A stretch of 64,000 bases of DNA from positions 2,613,161 through 2,677,160 of the forward strand of contig CBDAOB010000005.1 in the NCBI GenBank assembly GCA_965197905.1, written 5' to 3'. Every line of letters starts with the position of its first letter. The stretch's first letter is position 1. Shown here one piece after another: positions 19,532 through 28,512 of the stretch. The notes under the pieces were generated by a model. It saw only the letters and a program-made list of their open reading frames with translations, did not search any database and had not been told where the DNA came from. The stretch comes from Candidatus Latescibacterota bacterium (GTDB taxonomy: Bacteria; Latescibacterota; UBA2968; UBA8231). The position numbers were made by a program, and so were the translations under genes.

Positions 19532-20377
19532 ATGTTGACAGATCAGATCTTAGCTTTTATTCGCCTGATACGCCCGCTGAACGGCTTTATTACGGCCCTT
19601 TCGGTATGTGTCGGGGCTCTTACCGCCGGTGTTTTCCCCCCCGACTTGAATATTCTGCTCGCCGCCACCTCCGCTTCCCTGGTGGCAGCAGCCGGCTACG
19701 CCTTCAACGACGTGGTAGATCTGAATATTGATCGGTTGAATCGGCCAGCAAGGCCTTTGCCGGCGGGCCGGATTTCGCTGAAAACCGCCACCCTGGGGGC
19801 CCAGTTTCTGGCACTGCTCGGCCTCTTCATGGCGTGGTGGCTGAATCCGACCCTTGGATTCTTCGCCAGCGTCGTGGCCGGATCTCTTTTCCTTTACAGC
19901 GTGTACTTAAAGGTAAAACCCCTGTGGGGCAACTTGATGGTGGCCGTTCTGGCCGCCTCCGCCTTTCCGTACGGAGCGCTCGCCGGCGGCGGTTGGGGCA
20001 GGTCCTGGATCCCGGCACTTTTCGCGTTCCTCTTTCACCTGGGGCGTGAGATTGTCAAAGACCTGGAGGACATGGAGGGCGACCGTCGCAACGGCGCACA
20101 AACCCTGCCGATACAATGGGGTCCGGCACGCGCTGGCATGCTGGCCACGATCGTATTCCTCTTCCTGGCGCCCGTCGTACTCGTCCCGTGGTTTTCGGGT
20201 CTCTACAGCTGGCATTACCTGCTCCCCGTGCTACTGGTCAACGCCCTGACCGGAATGGCGTTGCTCAAGCTCTGGAAGGCACGCTTCGATCCGGTAGATA
20301 CCAAGGTCAGCCGGCTTCTCACCGGCGGCATGTTTCTCGGTCTCGCCGCCATCGTCGTGGGCGAGCTGATGTCGTAA
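19532..20377 (+). CDS. UbiA-family prenyltransferase, DGGGP synthase-like
   Basis: LIRPLN..., AAGYAFNDVVDLNIDRLNRPARPLPAGRIS, LKxxPLWGNLMVA, REIVKDLEDMEGDRRNGAQTLPI. Confidence 0.85.
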   Translation: MLTDQILAFIRLIRPLNGFITALSVCVGALTAGVFPPDLNILLAATSASLVAAAGYAFNDVVDLNIDRLNRPARPLPAGRISLKTATLGAQFLALLGLFMAWWLNPTLGFFASVVAGSLFLYSVYLKVKPLWGNLMVAVLAASAFPYGALAGGGWGRSWIPALFAFLFHLGREIVKDLEDMEGDRRNGAQTLPIQWGPARAGMLATIVFLFLAPVVLVPWFSGLYSWHYLLPVLLVNALTGMALLKLWKARFDPVDTKVSRLLTGGMFLGLAAIVVGELMS

Positions 20378-20481
20378 GCGAGTAGACGCTTTCGCATGTT
20401 CGACTTTTTCCGTTGTTTCTTGCTCGCGAAGATCCAACCTACTCTTTCGGCAAGTAGAAATTCGAGCGTATCATGTGCGCA

Positions 20482-21741
20482 ATGAAACTCACACCGCCGC
20501 GGGGCACGCGGGACTTCTTTCCCGATGAAATGCGCCAACGCTCGTGGCTTTTCGGTCATTTCCGCGAGGTTTCACGGCTTTTCGGGTTTGCGGAGTACGA
20601 TGCACCGATGGTGGAATCGGAAGAGCTCTTTACGCGCAAGGCGGGTGAAGAGATCGTCGACCAGCTCTACAGCTTTGAAGACAAGAGCGGGCGCCGGTTG
20701 GCGCTGCGACCGGAGATGACACCTTCGCTCGCCCGGTTGGTCCTGCAGAAAGGGACTTCGCTGGCCCTGCCCATAAAGTGGTTCAGCATTCCCCAGTGCT
20801 GGCGTTACGAACGCATGACGAGAGGGCGCCGTCGCGAACACTTTCAGTGGAACCTGGATATCGTCGGAGTCCAGGGCGTCGAAGCCGAGGCCGAGCTCAT
20901 CGCGGCGGTGGTGACCTTCTTTGCCCGCGTGGGATTAGGAGCCGAGGATGTGGGAATCAAGGTCTCCAATCGCAAGATTCTGGAAACCGCTTTGTCCACA
21001 GCAAACGTGCCGACGGAGAAATTTCCGCAGGTCTGCATCCTGGTCGACAAGCTGGACAAGATTTCGCGGGAAGTGGTTGAAGAGGAAATGTCCGCGGCGG
21101 GCCTTGAAGCGGACCAGGTCAAGGCGATCCTTGATCTGCTCTCACTCGATTCACTCGACGCTGTGGCTGAGGTCGTTGGTGACGACCACCAGGGCATCGC
21201 CGAGCTGAGGCAGCTCTTCGAGCTCGCCGAATGCTACGGGTCGGAAGAGTGGCTCAGCTTTGATGCCGGGCTGGTTCGCGGACTGGCCTATTACACGGGC
21301 ATCGTGTTCGAGGCGTTTGCTCGCGACGCCACCCTCCGGGCGATCTGCGGCGGCGGCCGCTACGATCGACTGTTGTCCACCTTCGGAGGTTCCGATCTGC
21401 CGGCCTGTGGATTGGGGTTTGGCGATGCCGTCATCTTCGAGTTGCTCAAAGACAGATCGCAGATCCCGCAGCTGAAAGGCGAAGTGGACGACGTGGTTTT
21501 TGCTTTCGATGCGACGTTACGCCCTGCGGCCATCGAGGTTGCCCGGCACCTCCGCGGCAAAGGACGCACCGTCGATTTGATTCTCGAAGAGAAAAAGATG
21601 AAGTGGGCTTTTCGCCATGCCGATCAGAATGGCGCCGCGCGGTTGGTTCTCCTGGCCCCCGATGAATGGGCGTCGGGAAAGGTGCGCGTGAAGGAATTGG
21701 GATCGGGCACTGAGAGCAACCTGACCCTGGAGGAATTATGA
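20482..21741 (+). CDS. hisS: Histidine--tRNA ligase
   Basis: PPRGTRDF, LRPEMTPSLAR, WRYER, RGLAYYTG, GGGRYD, anticodon-binding C-terminal domain. Confidence 0.97.
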   Translation: MKLTPPRGTRDFFPDEMRQRSWLFGHFREVSRLFGFAEYDAPMVESEELFTRKAGEEIVDQLYSFEDKSGRRLALRPEMTPSLARLVLQKGTSLALPIKWFSIPQCWRYERMTRGRRREHFQWNLDIVGVQGVEAEAELIAAVVTFFARVGLGAEDVGIKVSNRKILETALSTANVPTEKFPQVCILVDKLDKISREVVEEEMSAAGLEADQVKAILDLLSLDSLDAVAEVVGDDHQGIAELRQLFELAECYGSEEWLSFDAGLVRGLAYYTGIVFEAFARDATLRAICGGGRYDRLLSTFGGSDLPACGLGFGDAVIFELLKDRSQIPQLKGEVDDVVFAFDATLRPAAIEVARHLRGKGRTVDLILEEKKMKWAFRHADQNGAARLVLLAPDEWASGKVRVKELGSGTESNLTLEEL

Positions 21742-22764
21742 GCCCCCACCCAGAATCTCCAGTTGATCGATCTTTTCTGGACCGACGATCCGGTTGTGGA
21801 GCTCGCCGATGCCTCCGGAGAAACGAAGGCGCAGCTCGTCGCCGACCTGCAAACCGTCGCTGAGGTCCGCCTCCGAAAAAACGATCGGGGTTCCCCAGAA
21901 CAAAGCCAGCAGCATTCCAGGCTCCAGAGGAATCCGGGAAAGCAGCGTCCTCTCCATGTGGAATAGACCGTCAGGCATGTTGAGGCTGCCGCGGCCCGTT
22001 TTTCCTTCCTTGAAGCCGACCCTTCGTCCGTTGCGAACGATCTCGCAGGAAACGGTGACCTCGCCGTCATCGAACTCGTCGGCCGTTACCAGCAGCGGTC
22101 CCATGCTCGCGCACCCCCCGGTCCAGTTCTTCGCCTGCGGCAGATTGAGCGGATTCGCCGCCTCGATCCCGTTGTCGGTGACATCGTTTCCGCCGGTATA
22201 ACCCAACCGCTCCACGTGACCGTTGCAATTGAGGCCGTACACGCTGACGAGCTCCGTTTCGGGTACCAATCGGAGCGTATCTTCTGGACGGGTCAAGTCG
22301 CCGCCATGACCTACCACTGACTCCGGTTCGCCCTTTGCAAACAGCTCCGGCCGACCTCCCTTGGCACACTCCCGGTACTTGAGCTCGTACACGTTTACCG
22401 GGTCGCCGGTCGCCTGCTTCGCCTCGATCTCTCTCAACTTGGCGCTGTCCTCATGGGTCACCCCGGCAAGCCAAACCCGCAGACCGTGGGGATTTTCCGG
22501 AGGGCCACAGACCGGCTTGGTCAATCGACCGCCACCCGCCACCCCACCAAGAAGCGGCTTCGTCTCCAACCGGTGGGCATTATCCGCTTGGCAGAGGCGC
22601 TCCGTCACAGACACCAATCCCTCCACATCTCCCCCATGCTCATAATAGAGACTCCAGACCGAGTCGGGTCCGGAACCAGTCGAGGTCAGGTCGACCACCT
22701 CGGAGCCGCGCACCATGCCCACATGCTGCTGATCCTTGGAATCTACAAACTGGACGAGCTTCAT
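21736..22764 (-). CDS. Fumarylacetoacetate-hydrolase-family protein
   Basis: VWLAGVTH.DS..., RPELFAKG, VPETEL, GYTGGNDVT..IEAANPLNLPQAK, GPLLVT. Confidence 0.8.
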   Translation of the reverse strand: MKLVQFVDSKDQQHVGMVRGSEVVDLTSTGSGPDSVWSLYYEHGGDVEGLVSVTERLCQADNAHRLETKPLLGGVAGGGRLTKPVCGPPENPHGLRVWLAGVTHEDSAKLREIEAKQATGDPVNVYELKYRECAKGGRPELFAKGEPESVVGHGGDLTRPEDTLRLVPETELVSVYGLNCNGHVERLGYTGGNDVTDNGIEAANPLNLPQAKNWTGGCASMGPLLVTADEFDDGEVTVSCEIVRNGRRVGFKEGKTGRGSLNMPDGLFHMERTLLSRIPLEPGMLLALFWGTPIVFSEADLSDGLQVGDELRLRFSGGIGELHNRIVGPEKIDQLEILGGGS

Positions 22765-22768
22765 CTTC

Positions 22769-23614
22769 TCAACTCCGATCTTCGCCCAACGCAAAAAGCG
22801 GTTTGTCGCAGCGGTCGACGATGCCGGCCGCTTCCGCCCGATCGAGCATCTCTCGAATTGCCGCTTCCCCGTCCGTTCCATAGTTGGATGTGTACTGGTT
22901 GACGTAGAGATCGATCTGCGCTTCGATCATCTCTTCCGACATCTCTGGGGCCAGTTGCCGGATATACGGTAGGGTCTTGCTTCGGGCTTTGACGGCTTGA
23001 CCGATGCTGGCGTCGACGGCGTTTTCCGCCCGCTCAAGGAGCGCTCTGTCGAGATCTCGCCGTGCCGCGATGCCCGCCAGCGGAATCGGATACCCGGTCG
23101 TTTCCTCCCACCACTTACCGAGGTCGACCACAATCTGTAGCCCGTACTCGGGATAGGTGAGGCGACTCTCGTGAATGATTACGCCGGCGGCAACCGCGCC
23201 CTGCTGCACGGCGGGCATGATCTCGTGATACGCCAATACAGAAAGGTTGTGCAGCGCTGGATCGAAAAGCTGGGTCAACAGCGCCGCGCTCGTCAACCGT
23301 CCCGGGATGGCAATATCCTGGTCGCGCAGTTCCTCCGGGCACACCCGCTCGCGGGACACGAGCAGCGGCCCACAGCCACGGCCCATCGCCCCCCCTGAGT
23401 GCAACAAGCCGTACCGATGTCGCACCAAACCGAGCGCGTTGAAAGACACCTTGACCAGATCCAACCTCCCATCGACGGCAAGGTGGTTGAGGGCTTCGAT
23501 GTCCCGCACCACAGGTTCGAAGCGCGGAGCGCCCCGGATCAGGTCGTGGGCCAGCGCGTGGAAGATATGGGTGTCGTTAGGGGAGGGTGAGTACCCCAAG
23601 CTCAGTGCCCGCAC
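22769..23614 (-). CDS. mqnD: 1,4-dihydroxy-6-naphthoate synthase (futalosine menaquinone pathway)
   Basis: LGYSPSPNDTHIFHAL, GGAMGRGCGPLL, IIHESR, DLGKWWE...PIPL, IDLYVNQYT; adjacent to mqnB. Confidence 0.93.
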   Translation of the reverse strand: MRALSLGYSPSPNDTHIFHALAHDLIRGAPRFEPVVRDIEALNHLAVDGRLDLVKVSFNALGLVRHRYGLLHSGGAMGRGCGPLLVSRERVCPEELRDQDIAIPGRLTSAALLTQLFDPALHNLSVLAYHEIMPAVQQGAVAAGVIIHESRLTYPEYGLQIVVDLGKWWEETTGYPIPLAGIAARRDLDRALLERAENAVDASIGQAVKARSKTLPYIRQLAPEMSEEMIEAQIDLYVNQYTSNYGTDGEAAIREMLDRAEAAGIVDRCDKPLFALGEDRS

Positions 23615-23615
23615 A

Positions 23616-24350
23616 TCACCTCTGTAGCGTCTCCACAAGGTGCCAGCCGGCCTCCTGGGCCACCCCCGCTGCCCGCGGGATCTCCCACCGCTCCGTCCGG
23701 CGGTCCTCCACCATGTTGCTGATACCGCGGATCTCCAGGAAAGGGACGTCGAAGAGGCGACAAACGTGCGCTCCCGCCGCGCCTTCCATATTCTCGCAGA
23801 TAGCTGCGAAGCGACGGGCCCGTTCGTTTCCCAGCTCGGTGGTGCCGGAGGATTCCTGCACCGTCACGAAAGGACCGGCGCGCAGACCTTGAGCAACCGA
23901 GCCGTTCCGGTTGGCCAGCATCTGGCGGGCGCTGGCTACCAGGTTGCAATCCAGAGGAAAGTGGTTGTAATAGTCGACATCTCCCCGGATCACTGGAATG
24001 CCGATGAGCTCGCTCGACTCCCACCCTTGTGGAGTCCGCACCCCCAGGTCACCGTAGTTCTCCGCCTCGGCCAGGGCGAGGTCGCCAACTTCCAGGCCGG
24101 CGTTTGGGTACGCCCCACCCACCCCCAGCTGCAGCACCAGATCCGGTCTCCAACTCTGTAGGGCACAGCTCAACGCGTGCGCTGTGTTGACGCCTCCCAG
24201 TCCCCCTTCCACCAGACGTACCGCGGCCTGGCCGCTGCTACCTGTGATCCACCTTTTCCCCGAGACGGTTTGGCGGATAGGTGATTCCAACCGCCGAGCC
24301 AGCGTAGATTGCTCAAGCTCGGTGGCCGAGAGGATGAGGAATTCTCGCAT
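23616..24350 (-). CDS. mqnB: Futalosine hydrolase
   Basis: PNP/UDP fold: GLGGVNTA, GVGGAY, YGDLG, ENMEGAAGAH, EIRGISNMVEDR...W. Confidence 0.92.
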   Translation of the reverse strand: MREFLILSATELEQSTLARRLESPIRQTVSGKRWITGSSGQAAVRLVEGGLGGVNTAHALSCALQSWRPDLVLQLGVGGAYPNAGLEVGDLALAEAENYGDLGVRTPQGWESSELIGIPVIRGDVDYYNHFPLDCNLVASARQMLANRNGSVAQGLRAGPFVTVQESSGTTELGNERARRFAAICENMEGAAGAHVCRLFDVPFLEIRGISNMVEDRRTERWEIPRAAGVAQEAGWHLVETLQR

Positions 24351-24394
24351 GCGTGTGCGAAGGAGGGCGGAGATTGGATCGGTGGGACGGGCGC

Positions 24395-25716
24395 CTACCG
24401 GCGCATGCGCTCCGTGCGTTCACCACGCGACCCCACATCTTCCATGATCTTCTCGATGTCGAGGCCTATCTGATCGGGGTCGAGAACCTTGACGATCTCT
24501 CGGCCTTCCGCTTCGGACCTCCGAGAGAGATTGACGATGAAGGGCGCCGCCCGGGGTTTCTGGTTGGCCATGGTCAGAATACCGAGGGTCGGCTTGCGCG
24601 AATCCGCCGGATTGGGCTCGAATACCACGGCCTGCTCCTTGTTATTCAGCTCGACCAGACTGCCTACCGGATACAACCCGAGTGCGCGAACGAACAGATC
24701 GACGGCACGTTCTTCGAACTCGGTACCCTTGTTCTGATGAATGCGGAGTAGCGCCTGGTACATCGGCATCGCGGGCTTGTACACCCGTTTCGCCGTGAGC
24801 GCATCGTAGACGTCGGCCACCGCCGTCAGACGCGCGTACGGATGGATATCGTCCCCCCCCTGAGGGACAGCGGATACCCGCTTCCGTCCATCATTTCATG
24901 GTGCTGTGTGGCAATGGCGATCGCCTCCTCCGTGAATCCACCCATCTCCTGCATGATATCGCCGCTGTAGGTGGCGTGGCGCCGCATTTCGGCCAGCTCC
25001 TCGGGCTCGAACCGCCCGGGTTTGTTCAGCACCTCCAGAGGAACTCTGGTTTTGCCCACATCGTGCAGCAGAGTAGCTGTCGTTATGAGTGAAAGGAGAC
25101 TCGGGTCGACGCCGTCCGCCATGGCCATCGCCACCACTAGGGTGCACACGTTCATGCAGTGCATCGCGGTATAAGGATCGTGTTGTTTGATCCGGGTCAG
25201 GCTGACCATGGCATCTACATTGCGCACGATGCTCTCGGAGATCACCTCTCCGGCCTCGTCGATCTTTCCCTTGTCGAGATCCTTGCCGGTAGCCACGTCG
25301 TCCAGAGCGTTCTTGAGGGTATCGGCTGTTTCGTTGCGAATCTCCTTGGCGCGCTCGATCTCTTCATCGTAATGACACAAACGTCCTTCGGGAGGCGGTT
25401 TACGGCTGGGGTCGGTGAGCGGCTTGACCGTCTCGGGTACGTCGCCCCCTTTGTCCGTATCGATAGTGATCGATTTGTAACCGATCTGCTTCAGGCTGTT
25501 GATGATGGCGTCGGAATTGATAAGCAAGCCGCCGGCGGCCTTGATCTTCGCACCCATCTGTCCGGTGAGTCGGGCCCTCTTGGCGCTGGCTCCGGTGCAG
25601 ACAGCATTCTGCGGCACCAGAAACTGCTGCTCATCGCCGTTGTGGCTTTCCGCGACGACCTCGGCGTCGACGAACATTCCGGCGCTGAGATCGTTAATAG
25701 AGATCAGTTTTTTCAT
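24395..25716 (-). CDS. HD-GYP cyclic di-GMP phosphodiesterase, split by a frameshift in a G8 tract (24853-24860)
   Basis: HDPYTAMH, LLHDVGK, QHHEMMDGSGYP; after the frame change DDIHPYARLTAVADVYDALTAKRVYK and GLYPVGSLVEL. Confidence 0.88.
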
Positions 25717-25754
25717 CGCAGACTTTGAAATTTCGGAAAAAGCGTTAACGACAA

Positions 25755-25784
25755 AGTTTAAATTGCCGCCCTAGTCCGTGTCAA
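25755..25784 (-). promoter_or_regulatory. Putative sigma70 promoter for the HD-GYP-mqnB-mqnD-FAH run
   Basis: TTGACA (25784-25779), 18 nt, TAAACT (25760-25755), about 40 nt upstream of ATG 25716. Confidence 0.4.
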
Positions 25785-26036
25785 GATTTTACTCCAAAAA
25801 GGCCGTAAAAACAAGGCTTTGGAAGTCCGATTTCCGCCTCCGGCAGGCCTGACCAAGAGGCGGGACCGAAACCGGAATCGGCCACCGATGCAACTTGAAA
25901 ATCGGAATGTATTAATGTATGATTACGACCGGATTCACCAGACGGGCTTGTCCAAGTGCCTCAACGACCAGTCCGATGCACCGAGTAGAGCAGCCGAGCT
26001 CAAATTCCGAAAATCACCCCACTCAGGAGTCAGAGA

Positions 26037-27140
26037 ATGCCAAGGATTTTTGGTAAAAACTACACCCGACAACAGCTCAAGGAGCTTACCGGCGACATGA
26101 GTCAGCTGGCGGGTGCGCGACGGGCTGAGCTGGTCGAAGGAAACGAGCGCGGAGCGGATCTGGTAGAGGTGTTCAACGCGTCGGGGCTTTCCTTTTCGGT
26201 GTTACCCGGCCGCGCGTTGGACATCGCCTCTGCGAGCTACAAGGGCATGTCGCTCTGTTTTCGCAGCTCGACCGGTGACGTCGGACCCGCTTTCTACGAA
26301 CCACAGGGTTTCGGGTGGCTCCGTGGTTTCTACGGCGGCTTGGTCTGCACCTGCGGTCTCATCTTCGCGGGGCATCCCGAAACCGATCCCGAAGAGAAAA
26401 ACGAGGAGCTGCCCCTCCATGGTCGCGTGTCCTACATAGCGGCGAAGAACGTCACGGCGGAGGGCGCATGGGAGGATGAGGAGTATACCGTCCGGGTGCG
26501 GGGCAAGATACGGGAAGCAGTGGTTTTCGGAACCAATCTGGAGATGACCCGGGAAATCTCGACCACGCTGGGCGAGAAGTGTTTACGCATTCACGATCGC
26601 GTCGAGAACCTCAGCGTCGATCCTTCGCCACTGATGGTTGTCTACCACACCAACCCCGGATTCCCCGTGCTGGACTCTGGATCGAGACTGTTCATTCAGA
26701 GCCGCAGGAGCGCAGATCTCGAAACCGATGTCGAGGTGGACCCGAAGCGATACGAGACGGCCACGGCACCCCGCAAAACCCTTCCCTCGAGCAACGTCGT
26801 TGTGCACCACCCCAAAGCAGATCGACAGGGCAACTCTCACGTCGCCCTGATAAACGACCGTCTCGAGCTCGGACTCTATTGGAAGTTCAGCCGCCGTGAA
26901 ATTCCGATCGTTAGCTCGTGGCACAATTTCCATCGGGGCACCTACGTGATGGGCATCGAACCCGGTAACTGCAGCGTTGCCGGGAGGATTTCGAACCGCA
27001 AGCACGGAACGCTGGAGCACATAGCGCCGGGCGAGGTGCGGGATTTCCACCTCGAAATAGGAGTATTGGAAGGTGCCCGCGAGATACGCGCGTTCGAGCG
27101 CGCAGTCAAGCAGGGGGTGAAAACCGCCCGCAAGGCTTGA
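26037..27140 (+). CDS. Aldose 1-epimerase-like (DUF4432-type) protein
   Basis: GNERG...SGLSFSVLPGRALDI, WLRGFYGGLVCTCGL, LHGRVS, YHTNPGFP, YVMGIEPGN. Confidence 0.85.
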   Translation: MPRIFGKNYTRQQLKELTGDMSQLAGARRAELVEGNERGADLVEVFNASGLSFSVLPGRALDIASASYKGMSLCFRSSTGDVGPAFYEPQGFGWLRGFYGGLVCTCGLIFAGHPETDPEEKNEELPLHGRVSYIAAKNVTAEGAWEDEEYTVRVRGKIREAVVFGTNLEMTREISTTLGEKCLRIHDRVENLSVDPSPLMVVYHTNPGFPVLDSGSRLFIQSRRSADLETDVEVDPKRYETATAPRKTLPSSNVVVHHPKADRQGNSHVALINDRLELGLYWKFSRREIPIVSSWHNFHRGTYVMGIEPGNCSVAGRISNRKHGTLEHIAPGEVRDFHLEIGVLEGAREIRAFERAVKQGVKTARKA

Positions 27141-27158
27141 AAACGGGTGAAACCCAGC

Positions 27159-28382
27159 TCAACAGCGACGCGTGGTCAGCATCTTTTCGTAACTGGCGGC
27201 GACGCGGCGGCTGGTGGCCTCTTCGGTGTAGCTCTCGGTCACTCGCAGTCTCGCCGCCTCGCCCATCCGCCGGCGCCCAGGGTTATTGTCGATCAGCGAT
27301 TCTACTGCGGCCACCAAGGAATCGACCTCCTTCAGCGGAAACAGCAGCCCGTTCCTTCCCGCTTCCACAACCTCTCGACAACCGCGGATATCGCTTACTA
27401 CCAGCGGCAACGCCATCGCTGCCGCCTCCAACAGCGAACGCGAGATTCCCTCGCGATGGGAAGCCAGCACAAAGATATCCATACAGGCGTAGATCTCGCG
27501 GGTGATGATGGATGGCTCGATAAGAACGCACCTATCATCGATCCCGTGTGCGGCGATCAGCGCCTTTGGATCAAGCGCGTCGGACTGTTCCTGTTCGGCG
27601 CTACCGGCAATAAGAAACCGCACCTTGTCTCGCTTCCGCGCGATGCGAGCGGCCATCTCGAAGTACTCCGGGTACCCCTTCTCCTCCACGAACCGACCGA
27701 CGGTACCCACCACTAGATGGTGCGGCTCGATTCCCAACGCTTGTCTGGTCTCATTGCGGCTGGCTGCTTGACTCTCGGGATCGAAAAAACGCGGATCGAT
27801 ACCGTTGCCCACCAGGTGGAGTTCGTCCTCCCGCTTCAAGTGACACTTGCGCGCGTAGGAGTAATCCTCGGCACTCTGAAAGAGCAGATGATCGCACCAC
27901 AGGGCTGTCCATCGTTCGGCCCCGTGGGCGAGAAGATGGTGCAGTCCGCGGCTGTTTTCGTTGAACAGAAATCCGTGGACGGTGTGAGCAACCACCGGCG
28001 TCCGGGCCAAACGGGCGATAACCGGTCCCAGCAGACCGCCCTTGGGATTGTGGGAATGAACGATATCAAAGCGTTCGCGGCGCAGCGTGGCCAGCAGGGA
28101 GCGGGCGCACCGCAGATCGGTCCGGGGATCGATCTCGCGGGCAAACGGGATGTGCAGCACCTGCAACCCCGACTCCCGAAGCTTTTCGCCGTATCCCATA
28201 TCGCCGCAAATAACGGTGACGTCGAAACCTGCCTCCTGGAGCAGACTCAGCCGGCCGCGCAACAGGAGATACGCGATCCGATCGGTCGGCACTATGTGGG
28301 CGATCCTGGCTCTGGGGGGTTTGCCAGGTTTCGTCGAAACCATGACCGTCTCCCTACGGGGTTGAATTGCCATTTTTGTCAA
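27159..28382 (-). CDS. Glycosyltransferase family 4
   Basis: HSHNPKGG, GNGID, VGRFVEEKG, FVLASHREGISRSLLEAAA, SDIRGCREVV. Confidence 0.93.
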   Translation of the reverse strand: MTKMAIQPRRETVMVSTKPGKPPRARIAHIVPTDRIAYLLLRGRLSLLQEAGFDVTVICGDMGYGEKLRESGLQVLHIPFAREIDPRTDLRCARSLLATLRRERFDIVHSHNPKGGLLGPVIARLARTPVVAHTVHGFLFNENSRGLHHLLAHGAERWTALWCDHLLFQSAEDYSYARKCHLKREDELHLVGNGIDPRFFDPESQAASRNETRQALGIEPHHLVVGTVGRFVEEKGYPEYFEMAARIARKRDKVRFLIAGSAEQEQSDALDPKALIAAHGIDDRCVLIEPSIITREIYACMDIFVLASHREGISRSLLEAAAMALPLVVSDIRGCREVVEAGRNGLLFPLKEVDSLVAAVESLIDNNPGRRRMGEAARLRVTESYTEEATSRRVAASYEKMLTTRRC

Positions 28383-28445
28383 ACGCCATCACGAGAGCGG
28401 AATATACAAATATAGTTGCCGCGGCGTCCACGGTGGCTGTTATGA

Positions 28446-28473
28446 TTGACATCCTTTGTCATATGGATACAAT
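28446..28473 (+). promoter_or_regulatory. Putative sigma70 promoter of ppk1 with an overlapping inverted repeat
   Basis: TTGACA (28446-28451), 16 nt, TACAAT (28468-28473); TGACA-N5-TGTCA palindrome over the -35. Confidence 0.5.
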
Positions 28474-28512
28474 TAAGTCAATACTGCCCAACGAAAAACC
28501 ATCTGCCTGAAA

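Noticed and set aside
25717..26036. Possible ncRNA or riboswitch in the 320 bp intergenic gap (also 9880-10037 and 33169-33489)
   Set aside because: No recognisable conserved RNA motif by eye; an Rfam/Infernal scan would be needed.
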